Positions 63,737 through 64,000 of a stretch of DNA of 64,000 bases are shown in pieces. Positions within the stretch are counted from its first letter, which is position 1. Each line of letters starts with the position of its first letter. Origin of the DNA: Podarcis liolepis (taxonomy: Eukaryota); the NCBI GenBank assembly GCA_965112155.1, contig OZ218098.1; one strand, 5' to 3'. The notes beneath the pieces were generated by a model. It made no database searches. It had not been told where the DNA came from and saw only the letters and a list, made by a program, of their open reading frames with translations. A program made the translations under genes and the position numbers.

Positions 63737-64000
63737 TCCTGACTGTGGATATCCCTTATGGTGACAGGTTGTGCTCTCATGTGTATTCCTGTTCCATTAA
63801 GATATGCCTGGTCAGATCAGCCTGCTAGTACCTAGACACAAAGCCTTGTGGGACTACAGATGTATCCCTGGGAAATCATTGCAGCAAATCATACGAAATG
63901 TTTTCAAAATAGTAAATATAATTTGACTAACCTATTAAGATCAAATGTGACCGGTTCATCATTCTTGTGTATACACACAATATTCATTTTAGTGAGATTT

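Noticed and set aside
36000-64000. ORF-track entries in the distal half (e.g. 56220-56750, 176 aa; 63047-63454; 57044-57412)
   Set aside because: No recognisable domains or consistent exon structure, and many overlap MITEs, SINEs or LTRs; treated as chance ORFs.

Overview
Vertebrate genomic DNA from a squamate reptile, most likely a lacertid lizard (inferred from Sauria-type SINEs and the MITE families present). 1-13 kb: the 3' end of ACTN1 (alpha-actinin-1, + strand), with the mutually exclusive non-muscle (NM, 81 nt) and smooth-muscle (SM, 66 nt) EF-hand exons, their long AG-exclusion zones, the stop codon and the poly(A) signal. 18.3-36 kb: a complete SR-protein gene (+ strand, CpG-island promoter, non-coding exon 1, 7 coding exons, 265 aa: RRM, pseudo-RRM with SWQDLKD, RS domain). 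It looks like the srsf5a/SRSF5A paralogue of fish and birds rather than mammalian SRSF5. It has several candidate routes to unproductive splicing: a poison exon in intron 5, a frameshifting 4-nt tandem acceptor and a possible NMD-inducing 3'UTR intron. 36-64 kb: no recognisable gene, but rich in TEs (three solo LTRs, hAT, pogo/Tc and Harbinger-like MITEs, Sauria SINEs, L2/CR1/RTE fragments), with CTCF-like sites and a transcription-factor motif cluster near 62.8 kb. Most unusual observation: a dispersed palindromic hAT MITE carries an inverted pair of the ZNF143/THAP11 motif (ACTACAnnTCCCA), in the same arrangement as the SR-gene promoter. All calls were made by eye; no searches were run.
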